62,575 nt of DNA, filler included, from Catajapyx aquilonaris (GCA_000934665.2; 3 parts of 3 records of this genome joined end to end with filler, not necessarily neighbours in it), one strand, 5' to 3'; numbered from the whole stretch's first letter, positions 13,361 to 25,555 are shown. Translations and numbers: made by a program. Notes: generated by a model not told the origin, from the letters alone.

Positions 13361-13540
13361 CGTGGATACGTCTTTAAAATCGGATCAGGGGGCATGCAGG
13401 CAAACTCGAGCGTTACAGAAAAGCGTTACAGTCTATTATAACCGAGTATATTATAACCTATTCTGCTATAACCGACGCTTTTCTGTAACGCTCGAGTCTG
13501 CCTGCATGCCCCCTGATCCGATTTTAAAGACGTATCCACG
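13361..13540. repeat. Near-perfect 180-bp palindrome (fold-back element)
   Basis: The ~66-bp arm CGTGGATACGTCTTTAAAATCGGATCAGGGGGCATGCAGGCA..CTCGAGCGTTACAGAAAAGCG is inverted at the right end. Confidence 0.9.
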
Positions 13541-13789
13541 CCTACATGCCCCCGCCGTTAGAGTCGAGAAAAGTGAAACATAATGTAAGTTGAGCCCGCA
13601 AAAGCTGCGGCTTGTGTCCCCGACACATTGAGACCCCAGCAATATTATTTTGTAAGCTAAAAAATTTGACTTTCTGAAAAGCGTCCCTGCACAGCCTTAC
13701 GGAATTTTAACAACTTAATCGATTTGGGAAGCAAATGGCTTCAAGTGAGAAACTGTTAAGGTCAATTAGACATTTGGACCAATATTACA

Positions 13790-14650
13790 AAATCTGACGC
13801 AGTGGAAGCAAGCTGTTTTCAATTTCTCTGTAATATTTACAGTCAATTAAAAGTTAAACCATAACGAAACAGTTCTTTGCAAGGCCCTAGACTGGACATG
13901 CGACACGTAGCCTGCAACAGTGCGCGTATCAGCTTCCTGATTCTTATGCAATAATAAGCGAAATGAGTAAAATATGATAGCGTGCCCGAGGAGTGTTTCT
14001 CATAAAATTATTATCCAGTTGTATATTTAATGGCATCCTTGAAAGAAAGCAATGACCTCTTCAGTAGAAGATTGAATTCACTATAATTATAGTAAGGTAA
14101 TATTTTATGAATTTTTCAGGTGTGGAGTTATCCTGGCGGAGAATGAAAGGTTTTGTATGAGCGGACCAGAAAATATTCACCCTGTTTTTGGAAACAGAAG
14201 GATGCAAAGGTCATTGTCGCATTGTGGCATCGCTTTCCATAAAATAATGTTTAAATTATCACAAGATAATATCTGCCTAATTTATAAGTAGGTATACATT
14301 TTAACTCGCTCTGCTGAGTGAAGGTCGATGTCCTTCTGGCACTTACGACATATCTTCTTTACAACCAATAATAGTGTGTTGTGTGCAGATGGACTCTTGT
14401 CTGCTCCAGATTGAATTATGACATTTCCCCCGTAAATGATTCAGAGGAGTTGCGTGGACTTGGAGCGCTCCAGAGACGCTTTTTAACTATTTCGAACTAC
14501 TGTAGGTGTAAGGTTTCTGCCTAAAAATTTTAAACACATCGATCAGGCATCAATTAACGGCTCCTGGAAATCACTCTCTCGCGTGATGCAACTGACAATG
14601 GACTCTTCGTTGGACGTACAGTAATAACCTCTGATGGACTCACAGGGACT
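13790..14650 (+). mobile_element. Decayed LINE-like remnant, copy 2 (internally shorter)
   Basis: Matches 8570-8913 and then 10220-10710; translates TLVCSRLNY...LQRRF, resembling an RT C-terminal motif. Confidence 0.45.
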
Positions 14651-16207
14651 ACATATATGTATACTTGTACTTTATTGCTTCGACCAAGTGGATATAAGAG
14701 TCTTTGGTTTTACTATACGGGTTTGTTAAGACACATTTTGGATCCGAGCCCAGTAGACCCAGAAAGGGGTAGAACCTAACCACACTGAGGCACTTTTTAA
14801 AAGTGCATGTCTGAAATAATAGCTACAGTCATGCTCCTGGTATTTCACAGGGTGATTCAGAATATCAGTTCAATCTCCCGCCAGGATACTCGTTGGTCCA
14901 ATACAGTGTAAGATTAAAATATGGGAGGTGAGAAATGTATAGAAAACTATGTCGTTAAAGACGCAGACAACTCGATGATGACCCAAAAGCATGGCGTGCG
15001 CTGAGATTCATGTGCGCATTTATTCCAGGAAAAGGTGCAACGCTCTACGGGTGTACAGTACGTTGGAAAAAATATATGACAAAGTTGCAGGTCCATAAAA
15101 AATTTACTGTTATTTATAGGGCAAGATACGTATCTCACTTGGTGCGCCGAATCCGCCGCCGGTTGTCACCCGGGCTGACCTCTAGCATGGACTCATTACT
15201 AAAAATGACCTTCGACCAGATTGCTATTCTCCATTTTCTTCTCTCCTTCACCTATAAAAACTATAGCATATTATGCTAGTTTTTTCCTATTTTGAACAGC
15301 CGTCAAGAGAGGACTCGTCTTTCCCTACAATAACAGCGCAATAGTTATGGACCTGTAACTTTGTCAGAATTTTTTCCCCAACGTACACCCTTATTTGCCT
15401 GATAGAAGTCATATCCGTGCATATGTAGCCACTGTCGACACGTTGACACGGATTGTCGTTTGCCTGTCATGTGGTCCAATGTTGTCTTGCCATGGTGCGC
15501 GTGGATTTGTCATCTTCGTGGACCTTCAAGATTTCACCTACCAAGTGTTCTTCCATGTACCATGTTTGAGACTGACAAGATGTCCATATGATACAGGATG
15601 AGAATGCCAATGTCAAATTTCCATATGTCTTACAATTTTCCCTACTACAGTGGGGTCACATCACCTGGCCGATTTATTTTGGCACAGCGAGCGCTGTGGC
15701 CGAATTATTATGTACCTTGTGACGCACTTTAAATACCTTGTATAAAATACGGTAATTATCCTAGACTACCTAGAGGTTCCATATTTAATTTAACCGTGAG
15801 CCAGGAGCCACCATTTTCAGTGGGCACCTTTCCGGTACACTGGGTGTCGTTTTATGAGCATGAGACGCCTCTCCGCAAATCGAGCAGCCACGATTTCAAG
15901 GTGGTCGAATTATTCTGAATTTGAGCAAGTAATTAGGCAGATAGTGTCTATATAAAAACAACAATATTTACAACATTCGGTTACTAATTTATAGCCGAAT
16001 TAATTACCGTATCGAAAATGACGTTTAAATATTTTTAGGTTGAAGAAATTCGAGTCTGTGCAAGGCAGAAAAAGAGGGAAAATACATGCACTGTTTTATT
16101 TTATTATTGTGTTGGTACAATGTTGCTTAAATATCATTATTGCAAGTCATGCAGGGTGTATACGTAAGTTGTAGTGAAGCTAATAATGTTTTTGCTGTTT
16201 ATTTGCA

Positions 16208-19200
16208 TTATCTTGGATCAATATCGGGAGCATTTGATCTTTTGAAATAATCCTTCCACCGCAACAATGGTCGGAGAGTGAAGAAGTACACGATTTCAGC
16301 TCCACTGACAAAGCTGAATCCTATAAATAGTCCAACTATTCCTCCAAAATTAGCTGAAAATGAGAAAAGTTAATGGCAGGGCATAATATTATAATGTAGG
16401 CTTACGTGAATTGTGCACTTAAGTCACTCACACATTGCCTGGATCCATGTATACAGTAAGCTTCTTCTGTATTTGACGTAATATAAATCCTTAAAGAATA
16501 CTCGAAGAAGAACAGTGTTATTGCTGAAAGAAAATTTTAGTTGGTATTATGGTAATCAAAGATACAGTATTGTGGTGATACTTACAAGTCAATGGTCTCA
16601 TCGAAAGTGATAGTGTTTATTTTGGTAGTTGGTGTCGGAAATTGAGCAGCCGTAACTTCAGTGACATACGATACATCGTCACAACTGGAACGACATTTGC
16701 ATTTCTTCATGGTTTTGGTCTCCTCTAATCCTTCAATAATTTCATTTCCAGGAGGTTTGATGGAATAAAATCTTTCTGTAAACGAGCCGTCATTATATAA
16801 CTGCCTAGGTTGCAGATGTAATTGAGATAAGAATGGTGTGCTTTAACCGCAATAAAAATGTACCTATGTTCCTGTTAATGCACTCAATTCCAGTGTAATT
16901 ACATGGTTTGGATGTTTCTGAAAAGAGGTTACATAATAAAACGACCAGAGCTAAAAGCACTGTGAAATTAAAAGCACTGTGAAATTAGGAAAAGTTATCG
17001 CATTTTGTAACGTCATTCACTTTAGGTAATGATATAACCTGGATTTATAATATTAAAGTGTTTAGAGTAACATTGCAAAGCTCTTTCTTAGCCAGGACAT
17101 GCACACTAATTTATTCCTTGTTTATTATCTACTCTGAAGTAATTTTATGTTGTCTGCAATATTATTTTACTTCTTCATTCAGTTGGTGCATGTATTTTTA
17201 AAAGTGAATTATCTGTTGGTCTTACAAACATCTCTGGACATAACATTTTCGACCTTTCTATGTGCAAGGGAAAGGATTCTGAGCACTTTATAAATATCTC
17301 CGAATATTTCTTAAGTGTCCATGTGCCGTGTAAGATTGTAGAAACTTATGAATGTGCCGATATAATAATTAATTGTTAATAAGTGACTAACCGAGAAGAG
17401 CGTAGAGATAGGGTGTGCATTGGCATGTGCTGTGCATTGACGCCACTTGACAGTCGAGGAGACAATTCTCATAACTGTAGGTTTCGTAAAACTTGAGAGA
17501 TTTATCTGTTTGGAAAAAGCAGTCCCTGGAACTTTGTGGAACGTTCTTGATTTCATCATCGGTATCAGTTGACGTAGCTGACACTGCTACATAGGCTTCT
17601 CGACCCGCGGACACGAGGAACCCTTTGGTCGACACACTCGGAAAATCCTCTGGGTTATGGATAACTACCTGTGAAAGAAGGTTTTTTGTGAAAGTTGGCA
17701 TAGCACTATCTTTCAGTTCAAAAGAAAAATGCACTCCATTTTTCAGATATACTGTACACTGTATTATGAAACAAAACTGAAATGCCAAAACGCTCGCATC
17801 AGCTTACTTCAATTTTCACTATTCTCAATATGCAGAAATGGTATATTTTTGTTGGTACATTTGCGAAAAATATGGTACTTTCACATACGTCGAGGCAAGA
17901 TGCATAAAGGAGTACGCACAGTATTTTATCCATCTTGCATCGAGGATTATAATTCGTCGAACAATATTTGAGGGGTGTGGTGGAAAAATGACAAAAATGA
18001 GGGTTTTCACGGTTTCCCACCCTACACCTCATTTGACCATCATACGATAAGACACGGAAAATGGGCGGTCCGTTCAAATTGCAACTTGTGCAATCCACTA
18101 CACTTGATATTAATTTGTTGACAATGTTGGGGAACTGATCTTGCGTCAGATGAAAACTACAGTATACGTATGTCGAATAACTCAGTAGTTCTGATCAGTG
18201 GTACTGTACATTCGCTTCATTGTTGGAAGTAATTGAGAAATTGGAATTGGGTGAACATCATGACGGTTCTAGGAAGATTCCTTGATAGGAAAGGAAAGGA
18301 AACCAGAAGAAAAGGGTGATATTTGGTGTTATTCTTTGGAGGAAGTAAATTTCATGTTAAACAACACATCTTTCTGCCAGAAAATAATTTTTTAATGTCC
18401 CCATTCCCTCTCCTGATAAAGAAGAGAACAAGTACTATTGTAACTTGATTGGTGCAAAACAAAAATTTTAAAGAATAATAGTGATTCTTGAATCACTACT
18501 AGTGTATTATGAATGTCATAATTTTGTAGGTATATGTTCCCATATGCCACATAATGTATCTGGAAAAACTATATGGTCCGAAGCAAAATCATGGGAAATA
18601 TTAAAACATTGTTATAGGTTCTGGAATCGACATCCTTATTATAAAACAATATTAACGTATTGTGCCATATGCTGGCACTACCACGTGTATATAATAAATC
18701 AGAATGGTGAATAATATATTATTTGTATTCTAGGTGTGTGAAAGTTAGGTAAGTTACCTAACTTTCACACACCTAGTAACTTACTATTTTCATGCATTTA
18801 GAACTCTTTTCTATTGTGACAGACTTGTATTAGGCCTACAGCTTTACATGCAAGGTAAATTTATTCTAGACGTAATAGTTTTACCGGTAAGTTTACCTTG
18901 AATCCATAGAACTCGTTGGTAGGCGCAAAATATCTTTTTGTATCTGGATTGAGCAGGACAGTGAGACCGATGTTAGGTCCTGCTCCATTAACGTGGCGAA
19001 TCTTCTGTTTCTTCGGTACTTGTAGGGGAGTTAGAAAGTAATAAGATTCAGTTGTGGTTGTGGTCTGATAGTCAGCATGCGTCACATCCATATTATGTGC
19101 TTGCTCATCATATACGTCGTCTTCTCTGAAAAATTGTGTTCAATAAATAACCAGTGGGAGGGAAGAGAAGTTATTTTCACAAGCACTCTCCAATTTATAT

Positions 19201-20439
19201 GGACAGAGCTTGGCAGAAAACTCCTTTTATTCCTCTCGGGCTTGTGTTTGCTTAGACCTAGAGTTTGGGCCGACAATATTAAATGGGTCCTTATCCTTTC
19301 GAAAGGTTATTCTTCTTGTCGAAAAAAATAATTTTGTTGCAAACATGTTTCTACGTTACACACAGCCCAAGTATGGGACGTCCCAATGTTATCGCATCCA
19401 CCACAAAAAAGTCGAACTGAGCTTCTGGGGGACCAGGCTTTGGAAACCTTCTCATTCAAGACTTCACACACTGGGCAGGCTGAACAAAATTTATTATAAT
19501 GAAACTTCCCAAAGACAGGTTTGTTTCTCGGATGAGGCTATACTTTTTTGTATGAATCATCAATAACAACGTGTGTGGTGTAAAGATCCGGGATATCCAG
19601 CACCTACGGGATAGGATCGCAACGATAACTCCAGATATCATTGAGCGGGTTTGGCACGAGACCGAATGCCATCTTTTTATCGGACAAATGACAAAATAAT
19701 AGAGCTCACATAGAAACAAAATAAAGTAATACCAAAACTTCACACCTTTCTTAGCATTTCAAAACTTTATACATTAAGATAATTATGCTTACAAGTCTTC
19801 GAGTTATGGGGTTTTCAAATCGGGGCATTCATTTTCGATCATCCTGTATTTATAAGGTAAGCCTAAACTGAGAGAGTCGCTAACAGCGTAGGAGACACAA
19901 AGAGCCAGTGCAAATTAGTTTCGCCCAGGAAATATGATTATAGCACATAAAGGAGACAGTATGTTACGGAAAAGAGGACATTGATGAAAAGCGAGATCCT
20001 ATCTCTACAAAAAAATCATGCACTTTTCTGTCCTGATCGGCCCTGATCATAGGCTCTCCAGCGAGTACTGCCGATGCCGCATGGTAAAAACGATTAGTGG
20101 CTCTTGTCCATATTTGTATTTGAACATCTGTGATGATTTGATTTACAGCGACAATAAATACGTACCAATGGGAGCTCATTTTTTGAGATATTCACTTAAA
20201 TGTACGTGAATGTTGGGCTACAGAAACACCTCGTTAAAAGTTTTCTAAAGCTACGGTTAATTTGTAATATATTAATTGAAGTCCTACTGTTTTCCTGGTG
20301 CTGATTTCTTCATGGGCATTGAATTGAATGACCAGCAGTAGCCTTCGTCGGTACGGCGCTGCTCAAATATGTCGGTACAGTTCACAGCAACACCTTGCCA
20401 CCAGCAAAGAAGCGCCATTCTCTCTAAGGGTTGCGACAC
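16208..20439 (-). CDS. ppk: Pickpocket-family DEG/ENaC channel B, 5'-partial (7 exons seen)
   Basis: Exons 20439-20288, 19125-18897, 17668-17392, 16917-16864, 16775-16586, 16523-16432 and 16353-16208. Intron phases match ppk-A and three exon lengths are identical (277, 54, 92 nt). Motifs TDEGYCWSFN, GAGPNIGLTVLLNP, FGGIVGLFIGFSFVSGAEIVYFF. Confidence 0.9.
18730..18776. repeat. 47-bp perfect hairpin
   Basis: CTAGGTGTGTGAAAGTTAGGTAA-G-TTACCTAACTTTCACACACCTAG. Confidence 0.9.
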
Positions 20440-20798
20440 CTGCACTCACATAAAGCTTCTGTTAGTATAAGCCTGTATAATATGTGTAGCTACAAAGTGT
20501 TGTACTGTATACAACCACTGAATAAATGTGTGCCATTCATTTTATGATATGCTTATATTACTCAAAGAATGTGTTCATGGAAATTGGAAATGTAGATTAT
20601 CTCTGTCTTATACTGTAATATATGTAATGTGTACGTAAGCGACGGGGCACAAAAAAGTCAAATAATAGAGGTATACAGAGAGAGCGCTTGGCCAGTCGAG
20701 TAATGGGGAACTAGCCTTCATTTTGGAAACTACATAATAAATTCGCCCATATTTTTTGGATTTTTTTGGCATATTCCGTTTTAGGATATCAGTTCCCG

Positions 20799-20898
20799 NN
20801 NNNNNNNNNNNNNNNNNNNNNNNNNNNNNNNNNNNNNNNNNNTTAATTAATTAANNNNNNNNNNNNNNNNNNNNNNNNNNNNNNNNNNNNNNNNNNNN
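20799..20898. other. Assembly gap with artificial six-frame-stop linker
   Basis: N44-TTAATTAATTAA-N44, exactly 100 nt; the same construct occurs at 41684-41783. Confidence 0.95.
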
Positions 20899-21006
20899 CC
20901 AGCCATCCCGACACGAAATTGGAGTCCTGACGTGTAAGTTTCGCCCAGGAAAGCGTTCTGGCCTTAAAAAGAGCATTTCGGGCTCTGGCCGTTTCCTTAA
21001 ACCGTC

Positions 21007-21144
21007 CATTCTGCAGAATGGATGGTTTGAGAAAGGAGCATTCTGCAGAATGGACGGTTTAAAACTGTTTAAAACATCCATTCTGCAGAATGCGCCATCC
21101 ATTCTGCAGAATGGATGGTTTGGCACAGATCATTCTGCAGAATG
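21007..21144. repeat. Array of five palindromic CATTCTGCAGAATG units
   Basis: Copies start at 21007, 21039, 21079, 21100 and 21131. Confidence 0.95.
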
Positions 21145-21539
21145 GACGGTTTTTTCGCGCAATGGCCGTTTTCGGGGTTTGAGCCTAACATAATTATACA
21201 ACACACCTCCTTTATAGGGTAACTTGGTGGGAGTGACCTTCCTTCATACGGCCATTTTGTACATTGTATTGATAACTCTTGTAAAATCACTAACTACAGC
21301 TTAAAATGAGATTATTCTTTTAGTTGGCAGGTGCAGCAGGCGGTTTGCGAGAAGGCATCAATGCTTCAAATAATGTCCCATCAAGAAATAATTACGTATT
21401 TATACAGAACTCGGATTGAAAAGCGTCATATTCATCGTAGTCTACTAATAGTTGGACGGTGTTATGCAATAATGGGTCAACAACCCACATGAGAAAAGTT
21501 TTGAGAAAAATGGCTTTGAAGGTCATACCTGTGGTGGAA

Positions 21540-21800
21540 GGAACTTCGTTCAGAACTATAAAATTGGAATTAGCAGGTGTGAACTCTTTGCGAGGATACA
21601 GCCTCTCTAAAACACCTTCTTTGGTGCCCAACTGGTAGAGCCCAGATGCTTTAACAGAACCTAAAACAACCCCTGACACATTTCTCTAGGAGTCTAGGAG
21701 CCAAAAACATTCTCGATCGACTTCAGGTACTCTATTTCAGAGTTTTCATGCTGAAGCTGAACAACTCGAAGCTGCTGCCATCCTGAGCGATCTGTTTCAT
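21540..21800 (-). mobile_element. Ginger2/KRBA2-SCAND3-like integrase C-terminal fragment, decayed
   Basis: VPEVDR..RNV.GVVLGSVKASGLYQLGTKEGVLERLYPRKEF..EVP, matching the family pattern VPxVDR-RN-LYxxGTKxGxLxxxYxRNEF. Confidence 0.7.
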
Positions 21801-21919
21801 CGAAACTCAGGAAAATAATGTGATTTAAATGATAACAGGAATTCAGTAAAAGTTTAAAATGCGGGTAAATGCTGGGTATTTCAGCCTTGAGTGCGGGTAT
21901 GATAAGCCAGAGCCCTATT

Positions 21920-22490
21920 ACGAGGAAAGAGAGTATAAAAAGTAAGAGTCAAGGTGCAAGATTCAATCAGTAAAAACAACCTGAGCAAATGATTTCTCTG
22001 TTCAACTCAAGGCTTTCCCCTGTCGACATATGGAGAAGCGTCGTGGTTAGGGTACCTGAAGTGAAGTCGATCGAGTACGTTTGGCCGCGTAGCTGGAAAA
22101 TTCTTATGTGGGGGTTTGATAGCGGGTCACGAGAAATCTGCCTTCTCTCTCTCTCCCCCCCCCCCNNNNNNNNNNNNNNNNNNNNNNNNNNNNNNNNNNN
22201 NNNNNNNNNNNNNNNNNNNNNNNNNNNNNNNNNNNNNNNNNNNNNNNNNNNNNNNNNNNNNNNNNNNNNNNNNNNNNNNNNNNNNNNNNNNNNNNNNNNN
22301 NNNNNNNNNNNNNNNNNNNNNNNNNNNNNNNNNNNCCCCCCCCCCCCGTAGTTACGCGCCTGCTCCCAGGAATGTGTTAGCGGTTGTTGTCGACGTTAAT
22401 GCATCTGGGCTCTACAAGTTGGGCACCGAAGAAGGAATTTAAGAGAGGCTGTATGCTCGCAATGAGTTCACATCTGCTGATTCCAATTAT
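21920..22490 (+). mobile_element. Second Ginger2/KRBA2-like fragment, opposite orientation, interrupted by a gap
   Basis: KQPEQMISLFNSRLSPVDIWRSVVVRVPEV..DR before the gap; APRNVLAVVVDVNASGLYKLGTEEGI*ERLYARNEF after it. Confidence 0.7.
22166..22335. other. Assembly gap inside a poly-C tract
   Basis: 170 N flanked by C runs. Confidence 0.97.
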
Positions 22491-22983
22491 TTCATAGATC
22501 TGAACGATTCTTCCACCAGATCAAAATCGCGAGGGGTCACGTCTGGAGAGTAGGGAGGGTGCTGCAGGCCTGCAGTGTTTCCCATTGCCAACGAAGCAAT
22601 AATTCTCTCACTGCAGCTGAGACATGGGAACATGATATAGCTAGTCATGGGGCTTATGTTCAGGAAATTCGTTCGCTTGTGTCGTATCGCTCGTCTCATA
22701 TGGTGTTCCAAGTCGTGGTTGTACTGGGCATTGTCATGGCATCTCGCCACCTCCATCTTCAACCAAAACCTCTGTTCTAACTTCGATGGCATGGCTTAGG
22801 TCGATTCACCAGGATGCGGTCCTTTTGAACTACCCTATCACCGTCACTAGTAGCACAATCGGGTCCAAACTTGACTTGAACAATCCCCACTTCTGTCTGG
22901 ATCTCCCTTCTTGCTCAGAAGCCACAGCCCCGTTTCCTTGCGCAAGGGGAACAGGGTTGCCACTACTTAAAATCCAACCCTCG
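22490..22983 (-). mobile_element. Internally deleted mariner element
   Basis: TA+CGAGGG terminus at 22983; ORF 22792-22487 has an N-terminal KLEQRFWLK and HPPYSPDVTPRDF (mariner YSPDLAP motif). Confidence 0.8.
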
Positions 22984-22994
22984 TATATGAGTAA

Positions 22995-23287
22995 CTAGCT
23001 GCGGCACCCGGCGCGGCGGTGCCCGGGAAGAAATGAATGAAGGGATCGCACCTACCTGTAGCCCAGTCAAAATTTTCACGCACAGAGAGCCGCCCTGACA
23101 CTTTTAGGAAAAACAGGTGGGAAGGACGGTAGAGGTGGGACCGTGGGAGGTGTTTGGGGTGGACGACAGATGGTAGGTTGGCGTTATACAGGCGGGAGAG
23201 GCTGTAGGTGTTGGGAGTACGACCACAGATGGTATTGGTGGGCGGACAGACTGACAGACTCACAAACGGCTTTATTTATATAGAAGA
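22995..23287 (-). mobile_element. Non-autonomous Helitron
   Basis: 5' A|TCTTCTATATAAATAAAG followed by GTCT repeats; 3' GC hairpin CCCGGGCACCGCCGCGCCGGGTGC then CTAG|T; no TSD. Confidence 0.8.
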
Positions 23288-23334
23288 TAAATGTCCGTGC
23301 CATATAACTTGGAGAGAGTTCGTGCACTACCCAG

Positions 23335-23381
<47 letters not shown>

Positions 23382-23574
23382 CATTATTATCAATATCATT
23401 ATCATTATTATTATTATCAAAATCATTATCATTATTATCATTATTATTATCAATATCATTATTATTATCATCAATATCATTATTATTATCAATATCATTA
23501 TTATTATCAATATCAATATCATTATCATTATCATTATTATCATTATTATTATTATCAATATCATTATCATTATC

Positions 23575-23606
<32 letters not shown>
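23335..23606. repeat. (ATT)n/(ATC)n compound microsatellite
   Basis: Direct inspection; it explains the poly-I/Y/N/L ORFs. Confidence 0.97.
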
Positions 23607-23645
23607 ACAGTATACAACAGTACAGTGGAGCGTTAAAACATATCA

Positions 23646-23955
23646 CAGGGTTTCTCAACCTTTTTTGGCCTCCGCACCCTTTTGAAGAGATTCTGTTCTT
23701 CTCGCACCCCCTATTCCAGGAGTGATTAATAGCCTACTTTATTTTCTTTCCTTTCTTTTTTAAAACAGTTTAACCTTTTTCATACCGGCTGTCGATGAGA
23801 TTCCTCATTTAAAGCTCCAAATCCGTATCAGCAGCAACATTTTCCTTTATTCAAGCCAGCAAGTGTCATGTCCAACATTGCCCGATTTGGACTGTGTCAA
23901 TGTTTTGGGCCAAAACATTAAATTCATAGAGGGCACCCCAGGTTAAGAGCCCCTG
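23646..23955. mobile_element. hAT (Charlie-like) MITE
   Basis: CAGGGTTTCTCAACC...GGTTAAGAGCCCCTG; TSD ACATATCA/ACATAGCA (7 of 8 match). Confidence 0.75.
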
Positions 23956-24405
23956 ACATAGCATACTTAAAAGGGAAGAATTATTATAGGAAACATTCTA
24001 GGCGGGCAATCAGAACAAATGCCGCGGACGCCCAGATCTGTACGAGGTCTACTTCTAAAGGTGGCAAACCTTCGAACCCCATTTTAAATCAGTAGCGTAC
24101 TGAAAGAGAAAGAGAAATTTTATTTTAAAATAAAATTTCTAAATAATAATAATAATAATTATCATCATCATCATACGTAGATGTGTTGTGTGTCAGGGCC
24201 GGGTGCCCTGACAGCCACAGCCATCGATTCTTATGGGCAGAACCTCTTAATTTCATCTTTAATTCGTTATGTCCTTATGTCTATACTGTACGTAGATTAT
24301 TTTTTTCTTAAGCTCCATTAAACTACTCATTACGAGTATTACATGTCCCTTGATATATGAGCCCGTAATTAATTAATCAATATGGCGGTCATCAGGAAAA
24401 ATATA

Positions 24406-24790
24406 CAGGGTGGACCAACTTCAATTGTCGTTTTATAACGGCGATTAATAGCAGTGATTTTGCGATGACGTAGCAGCGACGTGTAAAATGTCCCACTTCG
24501 GCGCCATCAAAAATATTAGCTGCTAATAGCAGCACACATGTAATCAACCCTGCTGCTGGGTTGACCTGGAAAAAAGGCGGTGCACACATGACCTGCGCTG
24601 CGCCTGGGTGAAATGGGTGACGCCCAACGCACCAGATGGATCTGTAATGCAAGGGGGAAGCCTGCAAACGAAACAGCTAATATTTTCGATGGCGCCGAAG
24701 TGGGCAATTTTACACGTGGCTGCTACGTCAATCGTAAAGCGCTTCTATTAATAGCCGTTATAAAACGACGCTTGAAGTTGGCCCACCCTG
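24406..24790. mobile_element. Tc1/mariner MITE with ~115-bp TIRs
   Basis: TA-CAGGGTGG.CCAACTTCAA..GTCGTTTTATAACGGC is inverted at the right end, finishing CACCCTG-TA. Confidence 0.9.
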
Positions 24791-24999
24791 TATAATGCGG
24801 AATCCCGCTTTTTTCATAGCTATTTATGTTGTACGCCATGTTATTTTCACACAAGTTGGAGTTTAACACTCCATTCCAATATTAAATAATTTTAAAAGCC
24901 CACTTTATCATTGCCGTATAACGTGAAATATGGCCGCTAACAGTCGGAAAATAAACTTTTCGGCCACATGGCCATGTTTGGTACGAAATAACCATGCTT

Positions 25000-25555
25000 T
25001 TGAGGGTTCAGCTTCAGAATTCAGGGGTGGGACCGGAAATAGTGCCACACAATTCCAGGATTAATACAATGAAACCAGTCCTGTCCACGGTCATAGAAGA
25101 TAAGGTTGGACACTCCCACCTACCCCCTGCCGACGCGTTTTGCAGAAGGTGCTCACTTGAGAGCGCCATGAGACATTTCACTCTCCGGATAACTGGCGAC
25201 CCTACCAGACTAGGCTGAACTTTATAGGTACGGTACAAAAAGGAAGCGCTACATGCGGGCACAAAATGGCCGCAGGCGACCATGTTGGGTCCACCAATGT
25301 AGCGCTTCCCTTTCATTAGTTTTGTACCTATAAAGTTCAGCCTAGTCAGGTAGGGTCTCCAGTGATCCGGAGAGTGAAATGTCTCATGGCGCTCTCAAGT
25401 GAGCACCTTCTGCAAAACGCGTCGGCAGGGGGTAGGTGGGAGTGTCCAACCTTATCTTCTATGACCGTGGACAGGACTGGTTTCATTGTATTAATCCTGG
25501 AATTGTGTGGCACTATTTCCGGTCCCACCCCTGAATTCTGAAGCTGAACCCTCAA
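25000..25555. mobile_element. 556-bp palindrome containing a fold-back MITE core (25085-25470)
   Basis: ~230-bp near-identical inverted arms; the core CCACGGTCATAGAAGATAAG...CTTATCTTCTATGACCGTGG recurs at ~35303-35643. Confidence 0.9.

Noticed and set aside
15647..16100. Tc1-like transposase remnant
   Set aside because: Only a TACAGTG start and a vague AARFAERR peptide; too weak to call.
20843..20854. TTAATTAATTAA as a biological motif
   Set aside because: It is centred in identical 100-nt N gaps twice, so it is an artificial scaffolding linker.
21007..21144. CRISPR array
   Set aside because: Eukaryotic context, 14-bp repeats, short irregular spacers (7-26 nt) and no cas genes.
23184..23725. 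Long poly-I/Y/N/L ORFs
   Set aside because: They are translations of a microsatellite.
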